A stretch of DNA of 64,000 bases, from NCBI RefSeq assembly GCF_022539665.2, contig NC_081334.1:1550001-1614000 (forward strand), written 5' to 3'. Shown here in pieces: positions 1-11,734 of the stretch (positions are counted from its first letter, which is position 1; every line of letters begins with the position of its first letter). Both the position numbers and the translations under genes were made by a program. Below the pieces are notes generated by a model, which worked only from the letters and a program-made list of their open reading frames with translations, ran no database searches and was not told the origin of the DNA. This DNA is from Daphnia carinata (Eukaryota).

Positions 1-52
1 TTTTTTTTATTTATAATGTATAACGTACATTTTTCACACATTTTACAACCAT

Positions 53-135
53 GGACAATGTCGAATGGTGTGGGACTTGAACCACAAACCTATAGCATTC
101 CAGCACAGCGCGCTACCATTGCGCCATGAATGTCC
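53..135 (-). mobile_element. tRNA-derived SINE-like element / tRNA pseudogene
   Basis: Minus strand has A-box-like TGGCGCAATGG with a GCGC/GCGC D-stem and B-box GGTTCAAGTCC. There is no canonical anticodon arm, and an A-rich tail follows. Confidence 0.55.
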
Positions 136-228
136 TTTTCTAGGCTGATTAAAATTTTGATGCGGATGTTGAAATAAGTTCGACACAAGGTTATTATGGA
201 ATGCCTATCATGATATTAATAAGTTATA

Positions 229-330
229 GATGGCATAATGGTAAAGCTACTGATTGGCACGCTAGAATACTTGGGTTCGATCCCCATACCAGTCAATAAA
301 ACAACTAAATAAATAAATGCAATAAATAAA
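229..330 (+). mobile_element. tRNA-derived SINE-like element
   Basis: A-box-like TGGCATAATGG, B-box GGTTCGATCCC, then an (AAAT)n-like tail. No proper cloverleaf. Confidence 0.5.
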
Positions 331-431
331 TAATCTTACAAAGCATTTTATTTTCCCTCCTTCCACCCACAATCCACCACTATACATGTTCCACATAATA
401 CATACAACAATACATACATATATACACTTAA

Positions 432-750
432 AACTAACCCGTTGGCTGCCACGCCATCTTAACTACGGTCGCTACGTCGCTATCATAGGGATAGCGACCA
501 AGGGGGCCGGGTAGGCCGGGCTGATACGATGATGAGACCTTTACGGGAATGCACACCCCAGGTCTCATCTATCGCATCGATCAAGGGAAATTCCCTATGG
601 TGCATTGCCTAAGGGGCCATCCGGCCAATCTTGGGCAGTGGCGCTGCTCCACTCCATGGCAGATAGCCATGGAGCAGAACAGCGCGGCCCGTCCCTGTCA
701 AGCTACAAAAAAAAGGGGATAAAAGGTGGGTGGCAGCCAACGGGTTAGTT
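432..750. mobile_element. MITE-like element with 21-bp perfect terminal inverted repeats
   Basis: AACTAACCCGTTGGCTGCCAC (432-452) is the exact reverse complement of 730-750. The interior is non-coding and GC-rich. CCC...GGG inner ends and nearby TTAA sites recall piggyBac-type ends. Confidence 0.7.
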
Positions 751-787
751 AACAATAAACATTACAAAACACACACAATACCAAGAA

Positions 788-882
788 GACGAGGCGACGG
801 CGGGATGACGGGCGAGGCGACGACGGGCGAGTTGACGGCGGGCGAGGCGACGGGCGAGGCGACGGCGGGACGACGGGCGAGG
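788..882. repeat. GC-rich degenerate minisatellite (GACGGGCGAGGC-like unit)
   Basis: Repeated GACGGGCGAGGCGAC / GACGGCGGGA units are visible directly. Confidence 0.8.
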
Positions 883-3800
883 CAAAACCGAGTGATGAGC
901 TAGGTGCAGACAGATGATGAAGCGTGATGGGCAAAACTTAGAATCTTAATTTCCAATTTTGCGTGGTACTCAAGGAGAAGATGGTATGGTTCTAAATGAT
1001 AAATTTTAGGAAAACATGTTACTACATGAAGAATATAGGATTGTTGGCTTAATTATAACAAATAAGGCAATTTTACTTGCAACTGTTATCCAAAGAATCA
1101 AGAATTGTAAGAGCAGCCAATTTTGCTGAAGAAGGCAGAGGCTTGGCAGTCCTGCGATGGAATACTAAATTTGAAGAAAAGCAATACTAGGCAAGCCAAT
1201 AACTTAAAATACCAAAAGAGACTGGTTTGACATTCATGTCATTGTGTGTTGGCTGGTGGTGGTTAATTGTTTGTAACAAAACAAAGTGCAACACAATCTA
1301 TCAGAGCAAAACTGATTCTGATATCTGGGCGAAGTGCAGCAAAATGGGACAGTGGCATTTTGATTCTACGTATGCACATCATTGATAATCATCTTCCAGG
1401 TTATCATCTTTTGTGCTGCAAGTTCCACGAGCAAGATCTTAAAGGTAGAATCATGCCAATTGGTTTACAGACAGCCAAAGTACAAGTTAGATACCTATCA
1501 ATCAGCAACGGAATAGCATGATGGAATGCCAAGGTCATCTAACAGGGTAATGTATGACTGTTTGGAATTAGCAGCTTGCTTAGCTTACAAGATTACCTGT
1601 TGCATGAAAAATGAACCATTTGGTATGCTTCACTTCCAAAAGCTACACAGGGAATTAATAACTTAATTGTTTGTTTGATATAACGTTTCCGTTGGAGTAT
1701 AACACAATTAACCAAAACTTTTAAACACAGATTTCACTTGTCACACCACAGCCACAGGTAGCTATACAGAAACAAATGAAGTCCCGCACTAGCGACACCT
1801 GGTTTTTTTATTTACAACTAAAATAATGGCGAATCTTAAATTTCAAAACAATGCGAATCATCAGAATTTCAAAACAAGTTGTTTATTCAGTAATATAAAT
1901 ATATTTTTTTGGAAAATTCATTCCAAAAATCATTATTTGGGCTCCCCATTTAACAAGGATTTCATTGCTATTCTATATGCGCGTACCCAACCAACACTAA
2001 ATAGTGCTTCTGCATAAAATGATTCTTCATATTTTTTTTCTAAATGGTATTAATCATTTCATACCTGCTGTTTCTGCATGTACATCGCCACACACATTGA
2101 AATCGTTCTTTTTCTTTTGTCGATACGCCAAAAATAAACGACGAGATGCGACCAAGACACGTTATGCCTGAGAATCAATTTGCAGCCGTATAATATGATA
2201 AAAAGAACGAGAAATAGTACGTGTACCTGTATAAGTTTATCTGACGACTGGTGAATTCTCACCTAAACCTGCCATTAATTGCTGGATGAACTGAACAGTA
2301 GGCTACAGGTCGGCCGGAGGGGGAAAAATCATTGGATAGACCTTAAAGTACAGCTGACTCTTGCTTTTGATATGGGGATATACTGAATTGTCGTAAGATA
2401 TCAAAAATTAACTGTTAACTCGTGAAGGATCAGCAGCGAATGCCGGGCTGTAATCAGATTCAGTGGTGCTAACGTTCTGAGCGCATTCACAAGACGACTG
2501 TTGTTGAATATAACTGGAAACATCCAGCAAGTGGAACGAGCGCAAACACCGAACGGCTGCAACGATATGCGAAATCTAATAACAAACAGGGGATCCATTA
2601 AAAATGTACTTCGTTCTAATTTCAATTAATTAACTGATCTTGCTATCGGGCGACGATAAACTATACCATATAATCGCAAATCAGCTCATCTTGCCAGTTC
2701 CAATGAATGAGGTTCAACAAGAATGCACCAATGACAAAGTATTGGCAGTGTGAAGCACATGCAGAATACGCAAGGTGGTGGGGTGTGTTCAGCTCATTTT
2801 TTGTGCACTAGTCAAAGTCTAAAGCCAAACAGGAAAATTTTAGTTTGAAAGTAGGACTTGCTGGTCTAAAGATACTATAATAATTGCCTTGCACTAATAA
2901 TTTGCACTGTCATTGCAATCATTTTAAAACTTGATATCTCCTATCACCAATATCTCACACACTTTTACAGCTGACGTAAGGTATAGAAGACTTCCACAAT
3001 CCCGATCCACAGTGAGTTAATTTCATCAAAGCAGAAACCAGTTTTGTTTGAGGAGTGATATGGTCCTAGTATTTACACAAATTAGTAAAAACATTACGTA
3101 AAATTACAGTCTTGATGAAGGGTAAGCAGATACCAGTGAGAGACGAAAATGTTGGAAGTATGCCATATACCATCAGAAAAGCAAAGGTCAAAATCATTCC
3201 TTCTTGAAAAATCCATCAGTATTTCTGCTTATACACCTTATCTTCTCACCTTGCAGATGAGCTTGTTAGCACTTCCAAAAAGGCAAATAAGCTATCAACA
3301 GTATTGGTTTTTGTTACTCCACATCTGTTTGAATACAAGAAAATAAATATCACATAAACATCTAATTGCGCAATTAAAATTTTTTTGTTATTCTAGTCAT
3401 TCTGGAATAAAAATTTGCAATATCATACCAGGATTTCATCATACCAATTCCAGAACACATTGTGGTTATTGAATTGCCCTTCAATTTTTGAACTGAAACA
3501 CAGCCAGGTATCTTGAACCAAGTAAACAAAGGTTAGAAGATATTTGCAAACACAAATGTGAAATGATGCATGTGAAGCAAGTGCCGTACGGGAGACTGCC
3601 GCACATGTACTTAGGTTGGCATCGAAAGCAAAAACAATAGCCACCACAGGAAGGAAGATTGATCTCGACTCACTCTCCACGTGACGCAACCGGAGAATTC
3701 TCGTCACGAATTTCCTTCTGCCTTGCACTGCGTACGAAATAAGACAATATTTTAGCAGGGAAATGAAAAGCTAAATTCAATGTAATACACGGTCTTCACA

Positions 3801-5728
3801 AACAAAGTGAATGACAACATTCTGTTATGCTTATCTAATTTCGAATGTTTAACTGGCATGTTAATAGGCAACATACCTAATCTTAATAACATACGAAACC
3901 ATTATTTCTAACATAAATTTAAATTCATTCTTGCTTTTCTTTGTTAACGAATAAAAAACAGCGTAAAACTGGAAGAAAAGTTGTTTTCAAACTGTTACCG
4001 TGACGGCATACACGTGGTCAGAAAACCAACTTGTGTGCTGAGGTCATTTCCAGGTAAATCAATCACTCACTATGTTGCCTCCTTCACTAAAAAAAAGCAG
4101 GCAAGAAGCCATAGACTTTCATTTTTAACGATTAATTATCCTTTTCAGTTCATAAAGCTATATCAGAGCAACAACAAGCAATAAAAACCTACTTTACATC
4201 GCTCATCCACGACACAAATGCAATTGCCGGGAAAAAATGAAGGTGAACCATCAGAGGGACAAGCAAGGTGACTAATACAGGTAGCCATCTAGCGTTGACG
4301 GTACAAACCATAGAATTTTACCAAGACAGGTTAACATTAACACAAAAAAATTTCGCTTTCACCTACCGAATCTGTAAATGAAGTGATTTTTCCGCAAAAG
4401 TGGCCCCAAGGAAGCAGAGGAACGATGTCTTCCTTTAGCCTTTTCCTGGTATCAAATAAATTTTAGAAACAAACAATGTTCAAGCAATGTATGTGGGAAA
4501 GGCTAAGTAACTGGAATAGGTTTTTTTTTCTTCTCACAGGTTTAGCTCCCAAACATCCTGATCGAAATAGTTGTAATTGATACAAAAGTAATCTCCGGGG
4601 AGGAAGTCAGAAAGACTGAGTACTAGGTTAACATAGCTTTCCTCAATTTTAGTCACAATTGTTGCAGTTATCTACATGTTTAGATGCCTTAATTCACTAA
4701 CGTGTAGGTATTTTGGGGTCAATCTTATATTATTACCTATCATTTTTTTGTGTTCATTCTCACTCTTCCCTCCCAACCTGTTCCTGCCATTAAAATTTGT
4801 TATTATAATAGCAAATGCAATAACAATCTATACTTACTAAACAGAAAAACTTACAGATGAAGCCAATCTTAGAAAAATCTATATAAAGTTAAAGGAAATA
4901 ATTGTAATAAGAATATATATTTTCACTCTACAAAAATAGTTACCTATGCAATCTCCATGGTGCTATTCCCCTCGATAGTTACAGCCACTATTAGAATGTT
5001 TTGTTATCTAAGGAGCTCTGAGTTACGGCAAATGCAGCTCTTCCACGGTGTTACTATACTATGAACTTGGATAGTCTTATATGGCCTTTGCGAGATGGCG
5101 TTGCTTGACAGGTAGGTAGTGAACGCCATCTAGCGAATTCCATAGTTTTTGCGGAAAGTCTATATTTTAGGAGCCCACATGGATCATAATGGGTATGATG
5201 AAAGACAGCAACACGCAAAAATTGGATTTATTTCAAGTTGATGAAAATGAATAATTAAAGGAATTGTTGTCTGAAAATTAGAAGGTTTGAATTCGATTTC
5301 ATAACAACCATTTAAACGTAAATAGCACGAAATAATTGCCATTATTAGGAATCGGCTTTTGTTCTGGTTATCGCAGGTTAGGTTTTATCGAATTACAGGT
5401 CAAAATTTAAAGCTGGCTTTTTTACTATCGGGGCAAACGAGAGGACAGTTTGCCAACGAAAAATGTGTTACATCATTTTATTTTCGAAGCCTGAATCCTG
5501 AAAGTGGGTTCTATCACCTGAGCGGTTGGCAATTCGTTTGCTGAGCCTGCTTGCAACCTTCAGCACAAACCGTTAAAATAGTAGAATACATACATATGGT
5601 CATACAACAACCGGATTTTTGAAAAAAAAAGTAAAATTGAATAAAGGAAAAAAAAAAGAAAAAAAAGCTCATCAAGCAATAGGCAATATACAGCTGCATT
5701 AATGCAGCGTACGAAAAGCTATCCACCG

Positions 5729-8727
5729 CTACCGAAGAACTCCATACTTCGGCTGCGGTGGACCTCGATTGCACATCACCAGTTGTTCCACGGCTTTAGG
5801 TACCAGTGACAGTTTATGCCGTACCTCGTCTGGCAACGCTTCTTTCGTGTTGAAAATTTCGGCGCTGCTGTGCTCGGAGGGACTGAAAACAACGGTGCTC
5901 GAATTTGGAGCTATTGCAATTCGTGAACCGTCGTTGAAATGGACTTCCACATCTCCTGTTGAAAAACCGAAAACATTTTCCATTACCACACATTTTTTCT
6001 TTAGAGAATTCATTTGTGCTCATGCTAACCTGAGGATTTCTGGATGGCTCGGCCGATGCCGGATACTTCAACCGTGCGGGTTATGTTAACTAGTTTAGGC
6101 TGATCTAATCGCCGAAGAGACGCGCTTTTACCAGAATTATTAACGGCGCTGCGAACGGATCCGTCAAATGATTTCAAACCGCTAAGCACAGGCTCCGTTA
6201 CTTGATTCTCTTTGTTGCTACACGACTGTTTGTTTGAGCTTGGAGCCATCGGCTTTCGTCCGATTGTAATTGGAAAGAATGGAAGAGAGCCATTGGCTAT
6301 CGGCAGCGATGCCAGCTGATTCACGACTTCCTCAACCCGTTCACAGTGAGCTAAGCACTCTTTCAGGTGGTGCCACAAGTCCCTTATGCTTTCGCGGTCT
6401 AGATGTGGTTCCTCATTTTTTAATGTCAGTGTCGTCATTTGGCCGTTAGGTTCTGTTATCTGAAGGCCGTTTGTAGTACGTGTCATTTTCCATCCAGAAT
6501 AGAAGAGCGCTTCAAAGTCGGCGTTAGGTCCATTCTCCATTAAAAGGCATTTGGCACGATCGCTATACAAAATTACTTTTGGCGTCTTTGCTTTGACCAG
6601 ACTTACGAACCTAAATAAATAATTGTCCGGGTTTCAATTATAACGTTGAAGTTGGCAATACTGGAATATAACATACCTAGAGGCATATAGATATTTTTTC
6701 CAGTGTTCAGAAGGGAGATTCTCATAACAGTAGATAGCGTCTGATCCTTTTGAAGGCAATGGTGGAGGGACATCAGCTACCGGTATACCTTTGCCATTAT
6801 TAGGCTGATACAGAACGATCTATTCAATTTTTGAGATAATGTTAGCAACCGAATTTTCAGGTAGGCGATAATAGGTAAATACTGACTCACTCTCATTCCA
6901 TCACCAGAGATTCGACAAACATCTACAATACGCTCTGCACCACTTCGTGTTCGAATGAATTCAAGGCAAATTTCGCCTTGATCAAGAATGGAACATACAG
7001 CATTCTTTGTTCGCTGTCTGGTAGCTTTCAGTCGAGCGGTAGAAAGTGGTGGAGTAAGTTCGTTGAGGCAGCGACTCCTGTTAGATGGGTTAACCGGATT
7101 CGCCTTTGGTAGTTTCGCAGCGTGGCACTGGCAGCTGCCAGCATGAGAACAAATACTTTGACAGGGAGAATGATGGCTGCAATGCGTACTTCTATTGTTA
7201 AAGCTGTGTTGGCAAGGGTTATGGTGGCAACTGTGTCTTCCGCACGGATCGTCACACTGTCTCTCACGAGAAATTGCAGTAGGTAATGCCGTTTCTATGC
7301 AAGGTTCTCCCCAAGATTGAACTTGACGATTCCTCATTTCGGAATGCATTCGTCCGTCTGGTAAAGAATGAGTACTGCAAACAAAGAATTTGAAATTTAG
7401 AAATCGTACATTAAGAAAAGACGGATCTTTCGACTTACGAATTTTTATTGCTGGTGGAAGTAGATTTGGGTAATGCTAAAATTGGACCGGTGTTTATTTC
7501 TCGGTTGCTGTTACATCGACGTAACTTCGGTAACATTGGCGGTTGCACTTTGATGGAAGGCGTCATAAGAGACGGTACGGTCGACATGGTAAAAAGACCA
7601 CTGTCAATATCATTACGGTTACGTTTGTTCATAAATGGATGTTCCATCACTTCATCTAAAGTGGGTCTTTCTTTGGGATTCTTCTTAAGTAGACGTTGTA
7701 TGAGATCTTTGGCTTCGGCTGACATTGTTACTGGTAACTATACCGGTCATAAGAAATAGGCACCTAAATATGCAACTTGACAGCAAATAGCTACCTTATA
7801 GTCAGCCATTACAACGCGCGTCAAAGTCGATTTTACGGCATCGGTGTCAAAGGGAGGCCGTCCTACTAGTAGAGTATACAATAAACAGCCAAGACCCCAA
7901 ACATCTGCTTCGAAACCATGTGAACTGCGCGTAGCAACCTACACGAATTTCGTATTTTGTTTCAATACATAAAATAGATCTGGATGTGAAAGAAGCATTA
8001 CCTCTGGAGATATATAATTGGGAGTTCCACACATTGTCATGTGTTTTTCGTCTGGCCGAGTAAGCTGTGTTGCAAGCCCAAAATCTGCTATTTTCTGTTT
8101 TAAAATAATGCCTTTAAATTTTATACCAATAAAAAGTAGCAAAAATGAAGACTTACAATTTTCATTTCTTTTGTTAAAAGTAGATTAGCCAATGAGAGAT
8201 CCCTGTGAAGGATGTTGTGTGAGTGAAGGTACAGCATTCCCTCTAACAACTGATTCATAACCTCACGTGCCTCATCCTCACTGAGTGGGTGACCCAAAGA
8301 TTTTAGGTAGCGTTGGAATTCACCATTTTCACACAAGTCCAGTACCAAGTAGACAAAATCACTGTCTTCAAAAAAGGCATGGAGTTGAAGTATTGATGGA
8401 TGGCTAAGTCTGGAGTGGATTGCCACTTCTTGTCTGACTCGGTTGACCATACCAGCAGCTTGCATCATCTTCTTGTTGATCTGTCAGATTGGTAATTTCA
8501 TTATAAATTAGTGTAACCAGATAAAACTATACAATAAGAAATACCATTTTTATTGCAACAGCAACTCCATTTGTTTTACAAACGGCACGATGCACAGAGG
8601 CGAAACCTCCTTTACCCACTTGTTCGTAGAATTCATAGTCCTGAAACGAAATTTATTTATTTTCTCTTAGGATTACTTTACTGATTTAAAGCCAACTTAC
8701 CTCTATAGAATTTCCGAAATCTGTCAT
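5729..8727 (-). CDS. Plk4: Polo-like kinase 4 (SAK), multi-exon
   Basis: Start MTDFGNSIE. Kinase motifs [27 protein letters not shown] and [17 protein letters not shown] degron, cryptic polo box ([44 protein letters not shown]) and C-terminal polo box ([11 protein letters not shown]). Confidence 0.95.
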
Positions 8728-9077
8728 TTTAATCTCGGTAATGTCTACAGAAAGTTTTTAATCACAACGTGATAAAAAGAAATGCACCCTAAGGTAAGAT
8801 AAACATACATCGCTAACCGTCACCATAAACATCAATAGCCACTGCACAATGGCAGACCAAGCCGCCGTTTTTGAATAGTTTGGCAGGGTGCGTTCACAAA
8901 TCATAAGACGGCGGAGAACGAGTTAGTTAGTTAACCGGTCTTAAGTCAGTTAACGTAGATAACATGTCTGCACTTTGAAGTTTTTCCGCAACACCAGTAG
9001 CAAAGCGTATTAATGTCAGTGTGTACAGAAGGAATTATAGATAACACTCGTTGAAGGAAACGATAACATTAACAAAA
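8728..9077. promoter_or_regulatory. Bidirectional promoter between Plk4 and SNF8
   Basis: Divergent start codons ~350 bp apart. CHR-like TTTGAA at 8870-8875 next to GCCGCCG, plus Myb-like TAAC-containing sites. Confidence 0.55.
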
Positions 9078-10047
9078 ATGAGGAAGCGACCAGGAATCGG
9101 TGCCATTCAGAAGCAAAGGGTAGAGCAGGAACGGTTTCGAGGTAAAGCCACCGAACTGCAAGACAATGTCTTTGAACAAATGACAAATCAAATGGAAAAA
9201 TTTCGATCTAATTTGGAAACCTTTGCCGCGAAACATCGAAATGAAATCAAGAAAAATCCCGCCTTCAGGAAACAATTCCAAGAAATGTGTGCCTCAATAG
9301 GAGTAGACCCATTAGCATCCAGCAAAGGCTTTTGGTCTGAGTTGTTGGGAGTTGGAGACTTTTATTATGAAATTGCTGTCCAAGTTATTGAAGTTTGCCT
9401 GGCCACTTCACAGCAAAATGGAGGTTTAATTACTTTAGGTGAACTTAGACAGAGATTAGTCAAAGCTAGGGGAAAATCCCAGCACCACCAAAATATTTCC
9501 AAGTAAATTGCCGTTTTAAGTCTTGCAAATAGAATAAAGTGTTCTAATTACACATTCTGCTTTTATTTTAACAGTGATGACATAATACGAGCAATAAAAA
9601 AATTGAAAGTGCTGGGATCAGGATTTTCTATTATTTCTCTAAAAGATACCCAGGATTCTTCAGATGTCCTCATTCGTTCTATCCCAGGTGAATTGAATGC
9701 TGATCACACTGAAGTCCTAAAAATTGCAGAGGCTCAGGCATTCACATCTGTTGAAACTATAAAGTAAGTTTCACATATTAAGACACTTAATCTAGCCCCA
9801 TACTTTGTCTCTTTTTTCAGTTGATTTTCTCATATATATTTGTGTAAGCCATAGCGTTTATTACCAAGATCATTAGTTAATGTTTCCATTAATCCTTGAT
9901 AGGTCTAAGCTAAAGTGGGACGATGTTCGCTGCCAACAAATCCTTAACGAACTTGTACGAGATGGTGTCGCGTGGGTTGATGAACAATCCACCAAAAAAA
10001 CTTATTGGTTTCCTTCGTTTTTCAAGCCTCTCATCAATGAAAGTTGA
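9078..10047 (+). CDS. SNF8: ESCRT-II subunit SNF8/Vps22/EAP30, 3 exons
   Basis: [13 protein letters not shown]...[32 protein letters not shown]. Later exons give [17 protein letters not shown] and C-terminal [14 protein letters not shown]. Confidence 0.95.
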
Positions 10048-11220
10048 GTGTATTTTTCTTTTGTAATATTTCAATTTAAAAATTTACCTATTAAAATTTT
10101 TCTGTATATTAAGTAATAAACATTCAGCCTAATAACCTTTCGAATACAAATTGCATCAAATGTTTACACTAACTTTTCGTTTATCGTAGTGAAGTCGTAC
10201 ATCCTCCACGTCGTTCAAATCCAAAGGTGATAATTGCAGGGTATGTCTTACTACACTTCCTGCCATTCAATCACACTCATTGATCCTCTAGTTTGACTAA
10301 ATACTGGATTATTAGCAGACAGGTTTTAGTTAAGAGTCATGTCATGTTCCTGCTTCTATCCAGAGAACATAAATTACCTATAGACAAACCATAAAAACTA
10401 ATGCATCATAAGGCCTAAACAAGAAAATTCACCATTAACTATGTATTGGCCTGCACATTGGTATGTTTTTTTTTTGTTTTGTAACACAACACCAAAAAAA
10501 AAATTATTATTATTATTATAATAAATGAAAACACAGGATGATGAAAAGATAGGAAGCGCGATGACAAAAATTCATTTTTTAAATCTTCCTATGCAGTGAA
10601 AAAAAAAAAACAAGGGGGGGGGGAAGGGGAAAAGACACAACAGTCTGATGAACGAAGAGTAGCGGGAGGGAGATTGAATCCTGCCGACAGGGAATAAGAG
10701 TACAACTTTTGCAGACGACCAATCTTTAGCAATGGAGAAAATAGGTTTAAGTGACTGCTGGAGCTTGTGAACGTGTCCTTTAGTGTGCTTTCGTGGAATG
10801 TCGTGCACAGAAGCTGTGGAAAGAGGAAGCGAGGTAACACATAGTAGTAGTTCTAATATTTACTTGTTTTTTTTTTTGTTTTTTCAAGAAGACGGTAAAT
10901 AATTATCGCAAGTTCTTTTGCCGTCTCACTTCTCTTTTTTTTTTTTTTTTTTTTTTTTTCAATTTGAGTAAGGAAGTTAATGTTTTCTTCTTTTTTTATA
11001 CAAAAAAAAAAACCGAAGCGTCTCTTTCTCTCGCTGATCTATGTGAAAGCGGGTGATACACCAAAATCAAAGTTACTTTTCCTCGTTCGTTTTCTTGTTC
11101 TTGTCTATCTTGTTCGTTCAATCGGAATAGTTATGTATAAAAAGGGGAAATGGAGATAATAGTGATGGAGCTGAAAGAACGAATCCGAACTGAAAGATAC
11201 CTTTACATACAAAATAATTT

Positions 11221-11221
<1 letters not shown>

Positions 11222-11250
<29 letters not shown>
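11222..11250. repeat. (TAA)n microsatellite in catenin 3' UTR region
   Basis: About 10 tandem TAA units. Confidence 0.9.
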
Positions 11251-11257
<7 letters not shown>

Positions 11258-11734
11258 GGAAAAATAAAGAGAGAAAAAAAATCTGAATAAAGATTTGCCA
11301 TATCGAAAAGAAAAGAAACGGGAGCAGGGGTTGAAAAAAAGGCACAATATCTGACCTTAAACGAAACGGGAGAATGGACGATAACTTGTACCTACAAAAA
11401 GGAGAGAAATGTGTGTGTTATCTGCCTGTGACCCGAACGGAAACATGAAAGGGTTGAGATGGAGAAACAAGAAAATTGGATAGAGGCAAAAGAAAGAAAA
11501 AAAAAAAAATTAATAAAATCATTTAAATCAATTCTTATTAGCGGCCGAGTCCTCTCGACTGATTTTCCCGTGGAAGAAAAAAGAATTTTGCCGTCGCGAG
11601 AGAGCGAAGGAGCCGTGAAATGTTCCCACCGTTTCGGCCATCGAAACGTACGCGGGTCGGTTGTGTATGTAAACTGGGAGACGAGAAGGTCCTACTCCTT
11701 TATTATATTTGAAAATGTTCACACGGTTGATGCC

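Noticed and set aside
432..440. Telomerase-template-like CTAACCC
   Set aside because: It is part of the terminal inverted repeat and is shorter than the 1.5 repeats a template needs.
1000..5200. Short ORFs and splice-like signals on the minus strand
   Set aside because: I could not assemble a consistent reading frame or recognise any domain. It may be a decayed gene or lncRNA, but this is unsupported.
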